Shown here piece after piece: positions 40,401 to 52,400 of a stretch of 64,000 nt of DNA (its first letter is position 1; the number at the start of each line of letters is the position of its first letter). A program made the translations under genes and the position numbers. Origin of the DNA: Stegostoma tigrinum (taxonomy: Eukaryota); NCBI RefSeq assembly GCF_030684315.1, contig NC_081378.1, positions 23,546,571 to 23,610,570 of the forward strand, given 5' to 3'. The notes under the pieces were generated by a model. It made no database searches, was not told where the DNA came from, and was given only the letters and a program-made list of their open reading frames with translations.

Positions 40401-43400
40401 ACGTTTCGTCACCATTCCAGGTAACATCATCGGTGAGCCTCCGACGAAGCGCTGGTGTTATGTCCCGCTTTCTATTTATCTGGTTAGGTTTCCTTGGGTT
40501 GGTGATGTCATTTCCTGTTCTTTTTCTCAGTGGATGGTAGATTGGCTCCAAATCAATGTGTTTGTTGATGGAGATCCGGTTGGAATGCCATGCTTCTAGG
40601 AATTCTCGTGCATGTCTCTGTTTGGCTTGTCCTAGGATGGATGTGTTGTCCCAATCAAAGTGGTGTCCTTCCTTATCTGTATGTAAGGATACGAGTGATA
40701 GTGGGTCATGTCGTTTTGTGGCTAGTTGATGTTCATGTATCCTGGTGGCTAGCTTTCTGTCAGTTTGTCCAATGTAGTGTTTGTCACAGTTCTTGCAAGG
40801 TATTTTGTAGATGACGTTCGTTTTATTTGTTGTCTGTATAGGGTCTTTTCAGTTCATTAGCTGCTGTTTTAGTGTGTTGGTGGGTTTGTGGGCAACCCGG
40901 ATGCCAAGAGGTGCGAGTAGTCTGGCAGTCATTTCGGAAATGCCTTTGATGTAGGGGAGAGTGGTTATGGTTTCTGAGCCCGTTTTGTCTGTTTGTTTGG
41001 GTTTATTGCTGAGGAATCGGCAGACTGTGTTCATAGGGTACCCATGCACAAACCCACCAACACACTAAAACAGCAGCTAATGAACTTAAAAGACCCTATA
41101 CAGACAACAAACAAAATGAACGTCATCTACAAAATACCTTGCAAGAACTGTGACAAACACTACATTGGACAAACTGGCAGAAAGCTAGCCACCAGGATAC
41201 ATGAACATCAACTAGCCACAAAACAACATGACCCACTATCACTCGTATCCTTACATACAGATGAGGAAGGACACCACTTTGATTGGGACAACACATCCAT
41301 CCTAGGACAAGCCAAACAGAGACACGCACGAGAATTCCTAGAAGCATGGCATTCCAACAGGAACTCCATCAACAAACACATTGATTTGGAGCCAATCTAC
41401 CATCTCCTGAGAAAAAGAACAGGAAATGACATCACCAACGCAGGAAATGACATTACCAACCCAAGGAAACCTAACCAGATAAATAGAAAGCGGGACATAA
41501 CACCAGCGCTTCGTCGGAGGCTCACTGATGATGTTACCTAGAATGGTGACGAAACGTCTGAAAACAAACCTTCCAGCTCAGCGAGCAAACTCACATCCAG
41601 TACCTCAACCTGAGCTACGAATCTTCTCAAAACTATCTTCTTGCCTAGTTTGGTGCAGCTTCAGCAACTGTCAAAAACCTCAAGACTGCCACGCTTCAGT
41701 GGCACCTAACCACCACCTTCAATGTTCATTCATTCCGTAACGGATGCACATTGGCAGCAGTGTGTCCCATCTCTACAAGCTGTAATGCAACAATTCACTG
41801 AGGCTCCTGAGACAGCACCTTCCAGATCCATGATTTCTACTACCTAGAAGTGCAAGAATAACTGATGCATGGGAACATCACTTCTTGCAAGTTCTCCTCT
41901 AAAACATGCACTATCTTGACTTGGAACTATATCACCACTTCTTCAGTATGGGGTCAAAATCCTGGAATTCCCTTCCTCATAGCTCTGTCAGTGGACCTAC
42001 AGCACATGGCCTGCAGTGGCTCAAGAAGGCAATTCTACACTATATTCTGAAGGGCAGTTAGGGGTGAGCAATACCAGCTTGGCCAATGACACCTGCTTCT
42101 GATTAGTGAATAATAAAAAAAATTGAATGTAGTATGCACAATGCATAAACTTTTACACTGCAGTTTTTACAAGATACCTACATCAGCTGGTGCTGTGCAC
42201 TTGCAGTATTTTCTTTAAATGATTTGGTAAAATTCAAATGTTTACCCTTTGTTTTGGTTATAATTTCCTCTGAAATCTTAGAGATTTTCCACCATCTCAA
42301 TTAAACTGATTGTTTTGAGTCTGTAAGAAGAAAACTGCTCACGTTAACCTTGCATAAAGTCACAGTCATACAGCATAGAAACAGACCCTTCTTTCCAATC
42401 AGCCCATGCCGAACATAATGCCAAACTAAACCAGTCCAACCTGCCTGCTCCTGGCCCACATCCCTCCAAACCTTTCCTGTTCATGTACTTACCCAAGTGT
42501 CTTTTAAATGTTGTAACTGTGCCCAGATCCACCACTTCTCAGGAAGTTCATTCCACGCGCGAAGCACCCTCTGAGTAAAAAAAAAAATGCCCCTCATGTC
42601 TTTTTTAAAGCCCTCTCCTCCCACCTTAAAAATATGCCCACTAGTCTTGAAACGCCCCACCCAAAGGAAAATACACCTATCATTAACCCTTTCAGATTTC
42701 CTTGTTTTCTTTTCTGCAAAGGGATAACTTCATTCTACTTCACTGCCTCTCATTTGTCTCTGGTGAGATCAAGAGTTGTTGGTCGGGGCATTCTCAGGTA
42801 ATAATTATTGAGAGAAAAATTGATGAGTGTGAAAAGAGAAAACTAAGTCCTTAATGGCAGGCTTGAACTAGATCATGGTTGACATTTAACCAAAGTTGTC
42901 CACATTGCTTCTTGATAAATATCGTGATTCTGACATAGAAATAACTGCTGTATGATTTTGAAACAAATTCAAACTGTAATATTTTTAATCTACCTGTGGT
43001 TCAATTATAGCTTTGTGAGCATTCTGCTCCCAGCCGAGGCCAAAGTCATAGGCACTCGTTTCCGTTGGTGGCAGCCTACCCATGATGGCCATGAACAAAG
43101 TGACTGGGCTATTGACAATGTATTGATATCTGGCACAGCTGGTGAGAGAACTTTCATGCTAGATACATTCAGCAGTACTCCTGTCCCACCACATGACCGA
43201 AGTCCTGCTGACAGCGGACCTGTTGGCAGGATCATCTTTGACCTATTTGAAGAAAGACCCACAGGTAAATAATCTAGTCATTAATAGCCATCAAGATGCA
43301 GAAAATTTCAGACTGCTGTTAGAGTCCACTGCTTCATTAAAATCTCCACATGTGACTGTATGAAGGTCAGAATGTCCTACAGAGGAACAAAAGTCTGTTT

Positions 43401-46400
43401 GTAGTCCAAAATCAACGCGCTCATGTTCAACAGGGGCCAAAAATACTTTGAAGCTGGCTACAAAGACGACTTAGTTACAGACTTAATTTATCTGTCTTTG
43501 GTGATTGTCTAATGTCAGTCGTGTTTTGTATTGAAATTGCAATAGGACTGTAACCTGGCAATTATCATTATTACACTTTACGGACTCCCTCTAACTCCAT
43601 AATACATACCTGGTAAGGGAGTAATTCATGTAGAAAAAAGTAGAAAATAGCCTCTGTCTAAAAAATGCATCAACCCAATTTTCAGTGTTCATTTTACAGT
43701 TTCAAATCTCAAGCTAACTACAGTTCTATGACCTTGAAACAACATCTTTATTATAGCCCTGAAACCCAGATATAGCTTTCTAATTTCAATTCAGTCATGC
43801 ACCCCTGTTTGGTTTGGTGTTCTCGTTCACTCAGGGTGAGTTGCTGTTGCACTTTCACCTGCGTTTTTTTGGATGGAGATGTTAGAGAATCCTACTTTTC
43901 TCCATCACATGACTGATCAGAAATCTTTCTCTCTCGTACCACCTGCCGTTACTGTGTAGAGGGAGGATTTGCAGATTAACTTGCAGTTTGGCCACATTAT
44001 GATTGCACCTTACTTTGTCATCAAGCTTCTAGCTCAGAGACAAAAATGCTGCTCTCTACACCAGAGGACCTCCCAAGCGACCCAGAAATAAGCTCCTCAT
44101 TAGAGTCTTGAGTCCCAGATACAAATCTCTTGTCACAAACAAGATGCAAGCTTCCAGTTAAAGATGTATCCCCCAGTTTCAGAAGCTTCTTAGTACATAA
44201 GTTTTTAATTACAGGTTTGAGACCCAATATCATTAGTATCTGAACAACAGCCAAATATTTAGTGACTTCAGATAAATTTTATCTTGACTATCACACTATA
44301 AAGTCACTGCAGGTCTAACCAAACCAAAGCATTGGATAATATAATAATTCTGTCATTAGTAGATAAGAGATTAAGATTGGAAGAACCCATAGATGCATTT
44401 GTTTATAAATTTATCACTTGATATTTGAGATGAGCCGGCAACCTGATTCACTATTGGTAGGTATCAGAATGGATTTCTGTGTAAAATATTTGGCACGAGC
44501 AACAGGTGATACTTCACTAATATGTGCATTTATCTTGAAAACTGATGGAAACTGTGAACATGCCTGCAGATTACAAACTAAACAAGTACTGGATGTTCCA
44601 CGATGAGTGCTCTGTGGAAAGATTCTGTGACTCCCCTGATGGAGTGATGCTCTGTGGCAGTCATGATGGCCGGGAAGTTGATGCAACAACACATGACCTT
44701 ACACCCGGTGAGCACTGGATTGTGCAGTTCAAGGTAAAGCCTTCTGTTCCAGCTTACAAAGCCAGAAGTTAATACAATGTCTGAATATATTGTATGTCTG
44801 GAGCAAAATATGTATGTGCTAAATTTTAAAACTTTTGAAAGGGTAGAAGAGCAAAGATTTAATGGGTTCAGAAACCCAAGTAAGTTGGAAGGAACAGATA
44901 TAAATACTCAGTTGATCTAATTCAGGATGACACATCAGTGCTGTGCATGTTGGGATATTTGAGATTCTCCTTCAGACTACAGGGTGTTCTGGAATAAAAC
45001 AAAATTGGTTCAAATCTAGTGGGTGAGTCAAAGCCTGATAATGAGACAGGTTAGCATTTCAGATGGATTTTAGATAGCATCATGACTGTTATTAAAGATA
45101 ATGGGAACTGCAGATGCTGGAGAATCCAAGATAACACAATGTGGAGCTGGATGAACACAGCAGGCCAAGCAGCATCTCAGGAACACAAATTTTCTGATCA
45201 AGGGTCTAGGCCCGAAACGTCAGCTTTTGTGCTTCTAAGACGCTGCTTGGCCTGCTGTGTTCATCCAGCTCCACACTTTGTTATTTATGACTGTTATTAA
45301 CTTGTGTTCCTCATGCAGAAATTGACAAACCTGTAAAGAACTGTTAGCATCTTCTTCATATTTCAAATTTCCAGTATTTAGGTCTTCACTCCCTTTACAA
45401 AGGTAGCTGAAGTTGTTTCAAAATGAACATAGAATTCTTAACAGGTTGTCCATCAAGACAGACAGAAATTAACATTGACATTTAGATTACAATATTGCAT
45501 TGGACCAGTTATGATTTTTCTGTTTTACAACTGGAAACCGTGCAGACAGCACAATGCCGAAAGGATCAATATTTTTGATGTAGTTATGAGTCTCATTTTT
45601 ATTTGCTAACAATTAGTGTTCTTTCGTACTGCAGTAATGCTCTTTGTGGTTTTGAGCTGTTTATTTTCTCCAGAAAAATTTCACATGAACAAAACGGTTG
45701 ATGCAATTTCAAAAGAGCAACAGCAGTCGATGAAAAATAGCAGTTGTGGGCTCAGAGAAATTTGATGAAAGCATCAAAGCAACCATCATGACAACAAAGT
45801 GTGAAGCTGGATGAACACAGCAGGCCAAGTAGCATCTCAAGAGCACAAAACCTGACGTTTCGGGCCTAGACCCTTCTTCAGAGAGGGGGATGGGGAGAGG
45901 GTTCTGGAATAAATAGGGAGAGAGGGGGAGGCGGACCGAAGATGGAGAGAAAAGAAGATAGGTGGAGAGGAGAGTATAGGTGGGGAGGTAGGGAGGGGAT
46001 AGGTCAGTCCAGGGAAGACGGACAGGTCAAGGAGGCGGATGAGGTTATTGGTAGGAAATGGAGGTGCGGCTTGAGATGGGAGGAAGGGATGGGTGAGAGA
46101 AAGAACAGGTTAGGGAGGCAGAGACAGACTGGGCTGGTTTTGGGATGCAGTGGGGGGAGGGGACGAACTGGGCTGGTTTTGGGATGCAGTGGCGGGGGGG
46201 AAGATTTTGAAGCTGGTGAAGTCCACATTGATACTATTGGGCTGCAGGGTTCCCAAGCGGAATATGAGTTGCTGTTCCTGCAACCTTCGAGTGGCATCCT
46301 TGTGGCACTGCAGGAGGCCCATGATGGACATGCCATCTGAAGAATGGGAGGTGGAGTTGAAATGGTTCGCGACTGGGAGGTGCAGTTGTTTATTGCGAAC

Positions 46401-49400
46401 CGAGCGGAGGTGTTCTGCAAAGCGGTCCCTAAGCCTTGAAAGTATTTTTCCACAACAAGTTAGTTAATGTCTACCAAAGGTCTGGATCTTGCCCAAAACC
46501 GATTCTTCTCTTCAGAAATGAATTGAAATGTCATTTTTATTTATGGTAAATACAGTATTTGGCAGAAAAAGTCATATATTATTGCTTATTGGATTCAATT
46601 GATTATATTCTTTCAGATTTCAGTGGGCTGCAGAACTACAGAAAAGGTTGTTCAGAATCAAGTTCATGTTCAGTATTCCACTGACTTTGGAGTTAACTGG
46701 CATTACCTGGTGCCACAATGTCTGCTAGCTGACCCTCAGTGCTCTGGTGATACCACACAACCATCTGTGTTCTTTCCTGCCAAGGAGTGGAAAAGGGTCA
46801 TTTATGCACTGCCAGAAAATCTGCTGGGCCAGTGAGTAAAGTGCTTTTGTCATGAAGTGATGCTGCTCAATTGCTTCTTTTTGACTGGATAGCAAATTGA
46901 CTGAAAATTTGGAGTTTTCAAATATACGTTTTGGCCGTGTTGACTGCAATTTCCAGTTCTTCCAAAATGTGTCCCTTTCTCTTTATTAAATATTCAAATT
47001 CAGACTAGACGGTGTAATGTTTGTGTAACGTTTAAGCTTTAGCAGTTCAGGATCCACATCAACCCAACATCTCAGCACACACCACGGCCTCCCCCAAATG
47101 CTAATCAACAATCCCACACTAAACCTGAAACCTGAAAACTGGAGAGAAGGAAATTTCTATGCTTAGCTGAGATATTAGTCTGGACCTGACGGTCATGAGA
47201 GTCCAGGTGTCACAACACCAGTGGAAATTATTTTCTTTATCCCTTCGTGGGTTGTGAACTGTTGTTGTTCATCCATAGTTCCCCTTGATTGATAATTACT
47301 GCAGTTTTGGCATCGCATTCAGGCCAAGCCAAGTAAGAACAGCAAATATCAGATTTCCTTCCCCAGGTTTTTAGAACAATTAATGATCACTTTATAAACA
47401 TTGTTACCGAGACTACCTTTCAATTCCAGATCCTTATTAACATAGTTTAAATTCCACCAGCTGCTGCAGTGGGATTTTAACCCACATCCCTGGATCATTT
47501 GTCTTGTGAAATTACCACTATGCCATCATCCCTCCCTATGTGGTGCCATGAACATTGCCCAATACGTCAATTACAAACTGGTGAAATGACAAAAGGAAGC
47601 ATAGCTCCCAATCTTCCTTCCCAGTTCAATAGCAGAAATAAAGCTGCCGCCACCTGCTCCTCTTGTCCTCTACCTAGTGCAGTGCAATTAATCTAACCCT
47701 CCTCTTTGTTCATATTCCCCATCCCTTCCCCCCTCTTTTCTGCCTTTGTGTTCAGTTATCTTCCAGTTGACAAACTAACCTTTCACTTTGCTTGTATTGA
47801 ATGCTGCACTTGGCTTTGTCTCTCCAGTGTGTAGCACCTCAAGAGACTAAATTCAAAATCTTTCATGTACCTGCACATCCTGTCAACATCTTCCTATCTT
47901 AAGTTCCCATGTGCACATCTGTAATTTAGTAATTAGATCCTCTACTGTTATGAGTAGACCCTGGTGAGGTTTCCACTTTGTTATGGTTCCAGATGAGGAG
48001 GAATGAACTGGCTCCCCTTCCTTATTTGCCCAACCCTCTCAGTTGGTCACAACATGGTTTATTTAAAAACAATTCCTTCCCTTATGATTCCCTTTCGCCT
48101 GGATGAAGTTTTTTTTTTAAAAGGAGCTGTTTGAACAAGGCTTTCTTGAATTAACAAGCAAGGGTAGGTATCTGATTAGTGAATGCAAAAAGAGATACTA
48201 ACACATGGAAACATAGAACATAGGAACCGGAGTAGGTCTTTTTGCGCTTCAAGCCAATTCCGCTATTCAATATGATGACGGCTCTGAACTCAGTACTCCG
48301 TTCCTGCTTTCTGCATATATCCTTTGATTACATTCGTGGTAAGAAGTATATAAATTTCCTTCTTGAATTCCATAGGCTCACCACCCTCTACGTGAAGAAA
48401 TTTCTCTTCGTCTCAGTCCTAAATGGCCTACCTTGTATCCTGAGACTTTGTCTGGTTCTGGATTCCCTGCTCATCGGAAACATCCTTTGCATGTTTTCCC
48501 TGACTGGTTTTGTTAGAACTTTATAGATTTCTATGAATCCCCTCTCATTCTTCTAAACTCCGGTGAATACAGTCCTAACTGATACCCCTTTCCCAAACTA
48601 TTGCTTCCAGATAATAACCAACTTTCCTGTTTTTGCTACCAAAATAGATAAGCTCACATTTATCCACATCATACTTCATCTGCCATATATTTGTCCACCC
48701 ACTCAACTTGTCCAAAACACACTGAAATAGCACACATGCGCACAGATTAGAAATAAGAGGTAAATTTAAAAGATCAAAGTAAAACACGGGTTATATTGAT
48801 CAGTCCTTGCATTATTCACAAAGAGCAGATTTTTGAAAGTTATGTGTGTTGTCATGGAGGTTACTGGTTCCATTGACTTTAGAAGTTGAATAATCAGTTT
48901 TATCATCTTTCATTTTGCCAATTGGGTAAAATTCTGTTGTTCTGATTTCTTTGGCCATAATTGAATTCCAGCATTCAGTGTCAGAGAGAGTCATTTTGTT
49001 GTCCTGTTTCTTTTTGGATGGATACCTTTTAGCTATCAGAAAAAAAGGCTCTTAACCTGCAACACAGAGGTAACCAGAGCATAGCTCTTGACTGTGACTT
49101 TCACAGCACACACAAGAATGTTTAGTCCCACCAGCACATTCTGGTAGGGTTGAAACTATCTCTTCAGCTCCTATCCTTGGGTATTTTTCAAAGGGAAAGA
49201 CACAAAAGGAATTTGCAGTTTGCATCATAATCCACAAGGTTTGCTGTTGAACAGAGGGTCATCACCTCTTGTTATTTTTGTAGTCACAAGAGATTACAGT
49301 CCAGTCTGTTTGACTTGGCTCTCTGCCCCCTGCCCCCACTCACCTTCATGAGGCTTGTTGTTTGAAGTTTCCTTCGCAGCTCGAGGTATTAATTCCGTGG

Positions 49401-52400
49401 GTCTCTCTCTCTCCATCCAGCCAATTAATCGAAATCTGCAGCCAGTTTTAGCTATCTCAGCCCTGTGTTAAATAAGTACTTTGAGGTTCTGACTCGTGGT
49501 TATGACACCACCATCCTATTGAAAGTACTGCAATGTTACCACTGGCAGAATTGAGTGACTACAACATGGCACCTTTACAAAGATGATTTCCATTATAAAT
49601 TTTGCATAAACATTTGTAATATAAATATAAACACGAATGCTGAATTTATATCTTTGAAATGAAGACTGAATTATATCTGCATGTGCAAGTTCATATGAAT
49701 CAGCTTAACCTAAAGATTACAGTTGGTATAAATTCCCTTGAGAAGAGAAATGGCAATCAACTTTCATACCTACCATGTAACTTTGATTCCGCTTTTCACT
49801 CAAACCCCAGCATGTGACTGGAGGAGGCTAAACAGCATTGTTTGAAATCAATATTTACAAATGTAAGTGAAAGTAATAGTCATAGAGATATACAGCACAG
49901 AAACATGCCCTTCAGCTCAGCTTGTCCATGCTGACCAGGTTTGCTAAACTGAACCAGTTCCACCGTCTGCACCTGGCCCACATCCCTCTAAACCTCTCTA
50001 ATCCATGTACCTGTCCAAACATCATCCAAATGCTGTAATTATATCTGCCATTACCACCACCTCTAGCAGCCCACTCCAATACGCACGATCCTCTGAATGA
50101 AAACGTTGCTCCTCAGCTCCCTTACAAATATTTCTCCCCCCACCTTAAATCTATGCTCGCTAGTTTTGAACTCCACTGAAACATCAAAGTTTAATACAAG
50201 CAACCTTTGATTCTTAAATATCACAGAGGACTTTTAATATTTGTGATATTCATGGATGCTTATTAATAGTATTCTATTCCAAAATGAATAAGGTCACTGT
50301 TAGATGTATGAAAATAATGTTAAGTAGCTTTTTCAAGTCAGTGGTCAGTACTCAGCACTTAATTTATAGTAGTTGCTGAACACCACTGGCCTGACGCAGT
50401 GCTGGAAATTGTCCACTGTACATCCAGCGCCTTTCATCATTCTTCAGCCAAGTGAATGAATTAATCATTTTTTTCCGGCAATAAACCTGACTCCATGTTG
50501 CTCTGAGCAATGGATCAGGGCCACCGATAGTAACCAATAACAAACTGGCCTGAAAAAAAGCAACAAAGGAGAGCCTGCTGTACATTTTAATTTCTCTATC
50601 TGCTGGAGCACTTTTACAACTGAGCAAGGATGCAGAAGGAAAAACATGACAATTTTGATTGAATAATCAAAATATTTTTGTCAATATCTTTGATCAGTTT
50701 TCTTAACTTGCTTCATTTTCACAAGATTATCATTCTGGAATATGGAGACTCTTGGGCAAATTCCAAGTGAATTTAAATTAACACATTGTATTCTATTTCA
50801 GTCCTGTGAGATTCCGATTCTGTCAGAAGTATTCCGATATCCAGTGGGCGATTGACAATTTCTATGTGGGGCCTGCTTGCCCAGACAATTGTGGAGGACA
50901 TGGGGACTGCCTGAATAAACAGTGCTACTGTGACCCTGGCTTCACCGGGTCAAATTGTTACTTGAGTCACCCGCTAAAGGTATTATTGGATTATGCAAGA
51001 TTTCCTAAGATATCAAGACAAGCAGAATATTTATCTGAAAATTCACAGACAATGTATTTTTGAGTCGAGAGTAACAGACCAAAATGGATATCATGATTGT
51101 TTATACAGCTCAACACAAACGATTTTCATCTTTTTATTAGTAATTAATGTGATTCATTACAGGTGTTCTTCATTATTCAGATACATAACAAATTAAGCGT
51201 ATAAAACTCTAGCTGTTAAAAGAATGTGAGACACCATGGCTTTTTCAGTGAATGTTGCTCAGTTTTGCACTTGCCCAAAAATGGATCAAATGCCCACTTC
51301 TAGATAATAATCATTGATATCAGTGAAAGATTTAGTCATTATCTGCTAACAATACTTTGGGATAACTTCCTTAATAAATGATTTATTATTGATAAAGGCA
51401 CTGGTTACTATAATTTTAAGCCATACAGACCAGAAGATTAAACTTCCTATTTCTGCTGAGTTAGCTGATCCTAGTCACAGCAGCATTTGAAATGATGAGC
51501 ATCAGTAACCCCAGTGGAACCCTTCCAGTCGTGGTCACTGATCAGTAACCTTAGTTGGAAGGTACAGGACATTGGGAAGAACAAAATACTGCTTGCAGTC
51601 ACAAAGTGTTGTCAGAGGCTGACTGTCAAAGCTCAATCAGGAAGAATGTTATGATATTGGAATACTGCCAATCCACATAACATCTTGTGATTGTTTAACG
51701 TGCTGGTAGTTTGTAGATATTGTGTATTAATTACTGCTAAACAATCCTAATCATACAATTATTGGGAGATGCCAAGTAGAGGCAAGACACTTCTAAAGGC
51801 ATGGGAGGGGGTGGAGGTTACCAGTAAATGCTGTCACACAGTTCCTGGAGATCACGTATGGAGCAGAAAGACGGGTACTTGAAAATAATTCACCTCTCTT
51901 AGTGCAAGAACTACATAAACCATGGAATCAGAGAAAGGGAAAAACAAAACCAGCTTAAATGTTTTTATTCACTTTGTTTTTATAATATCCCAAGCTGGAG
52001 GTAGGAAAGTTTCATTGCCTTTGATCCATGTAGTAATAGGTTGTTCAATGTGTTACAGACTTCATTAAAGGAGCGTTTTGAGAGTGATGCCGCAAAATCA
52101 GACCTATGGATTTCTCTGGAAGGCGGGAAAGCATGCACTGACTGTGGTGTCCTTGTGGAAGATTTGCCCTTGTATTTCAATGGAGCGGGCATGAGGCAGG
52201 CATTAACTACAGACCTTGATCTTCGGGGTACAAAGTAAGTTTTATGCAGCTAGGTCTATATCAAGTTTCCTTTCATAAACGTGATACAAAATTCTTTGGT
52301 TAAAGCAATTAGAATTGGCTTTCAAATATAGGTGCACACAAAACTGCCACTAATTTGATGCTAACCAATGCCTAACTGGCAAAATTGCTTCAGGACATCA

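Larger units (their letters stand above)
40285..42115 (+). mobile_element. Old LINE 3' region (40285-40354 plus 41629-42115) split by a Penelope insertion
   Basis: Flanks are colinear with 25290-25740. Confidence 0.6.

Noticed and set aside
40590-41347. Two near-identical 74-aa ORFs suggesting a duplicated gene
   Set aside because: They are antisense shadows of the GIY-YIG sequence in the two arms of the inverted repeat.
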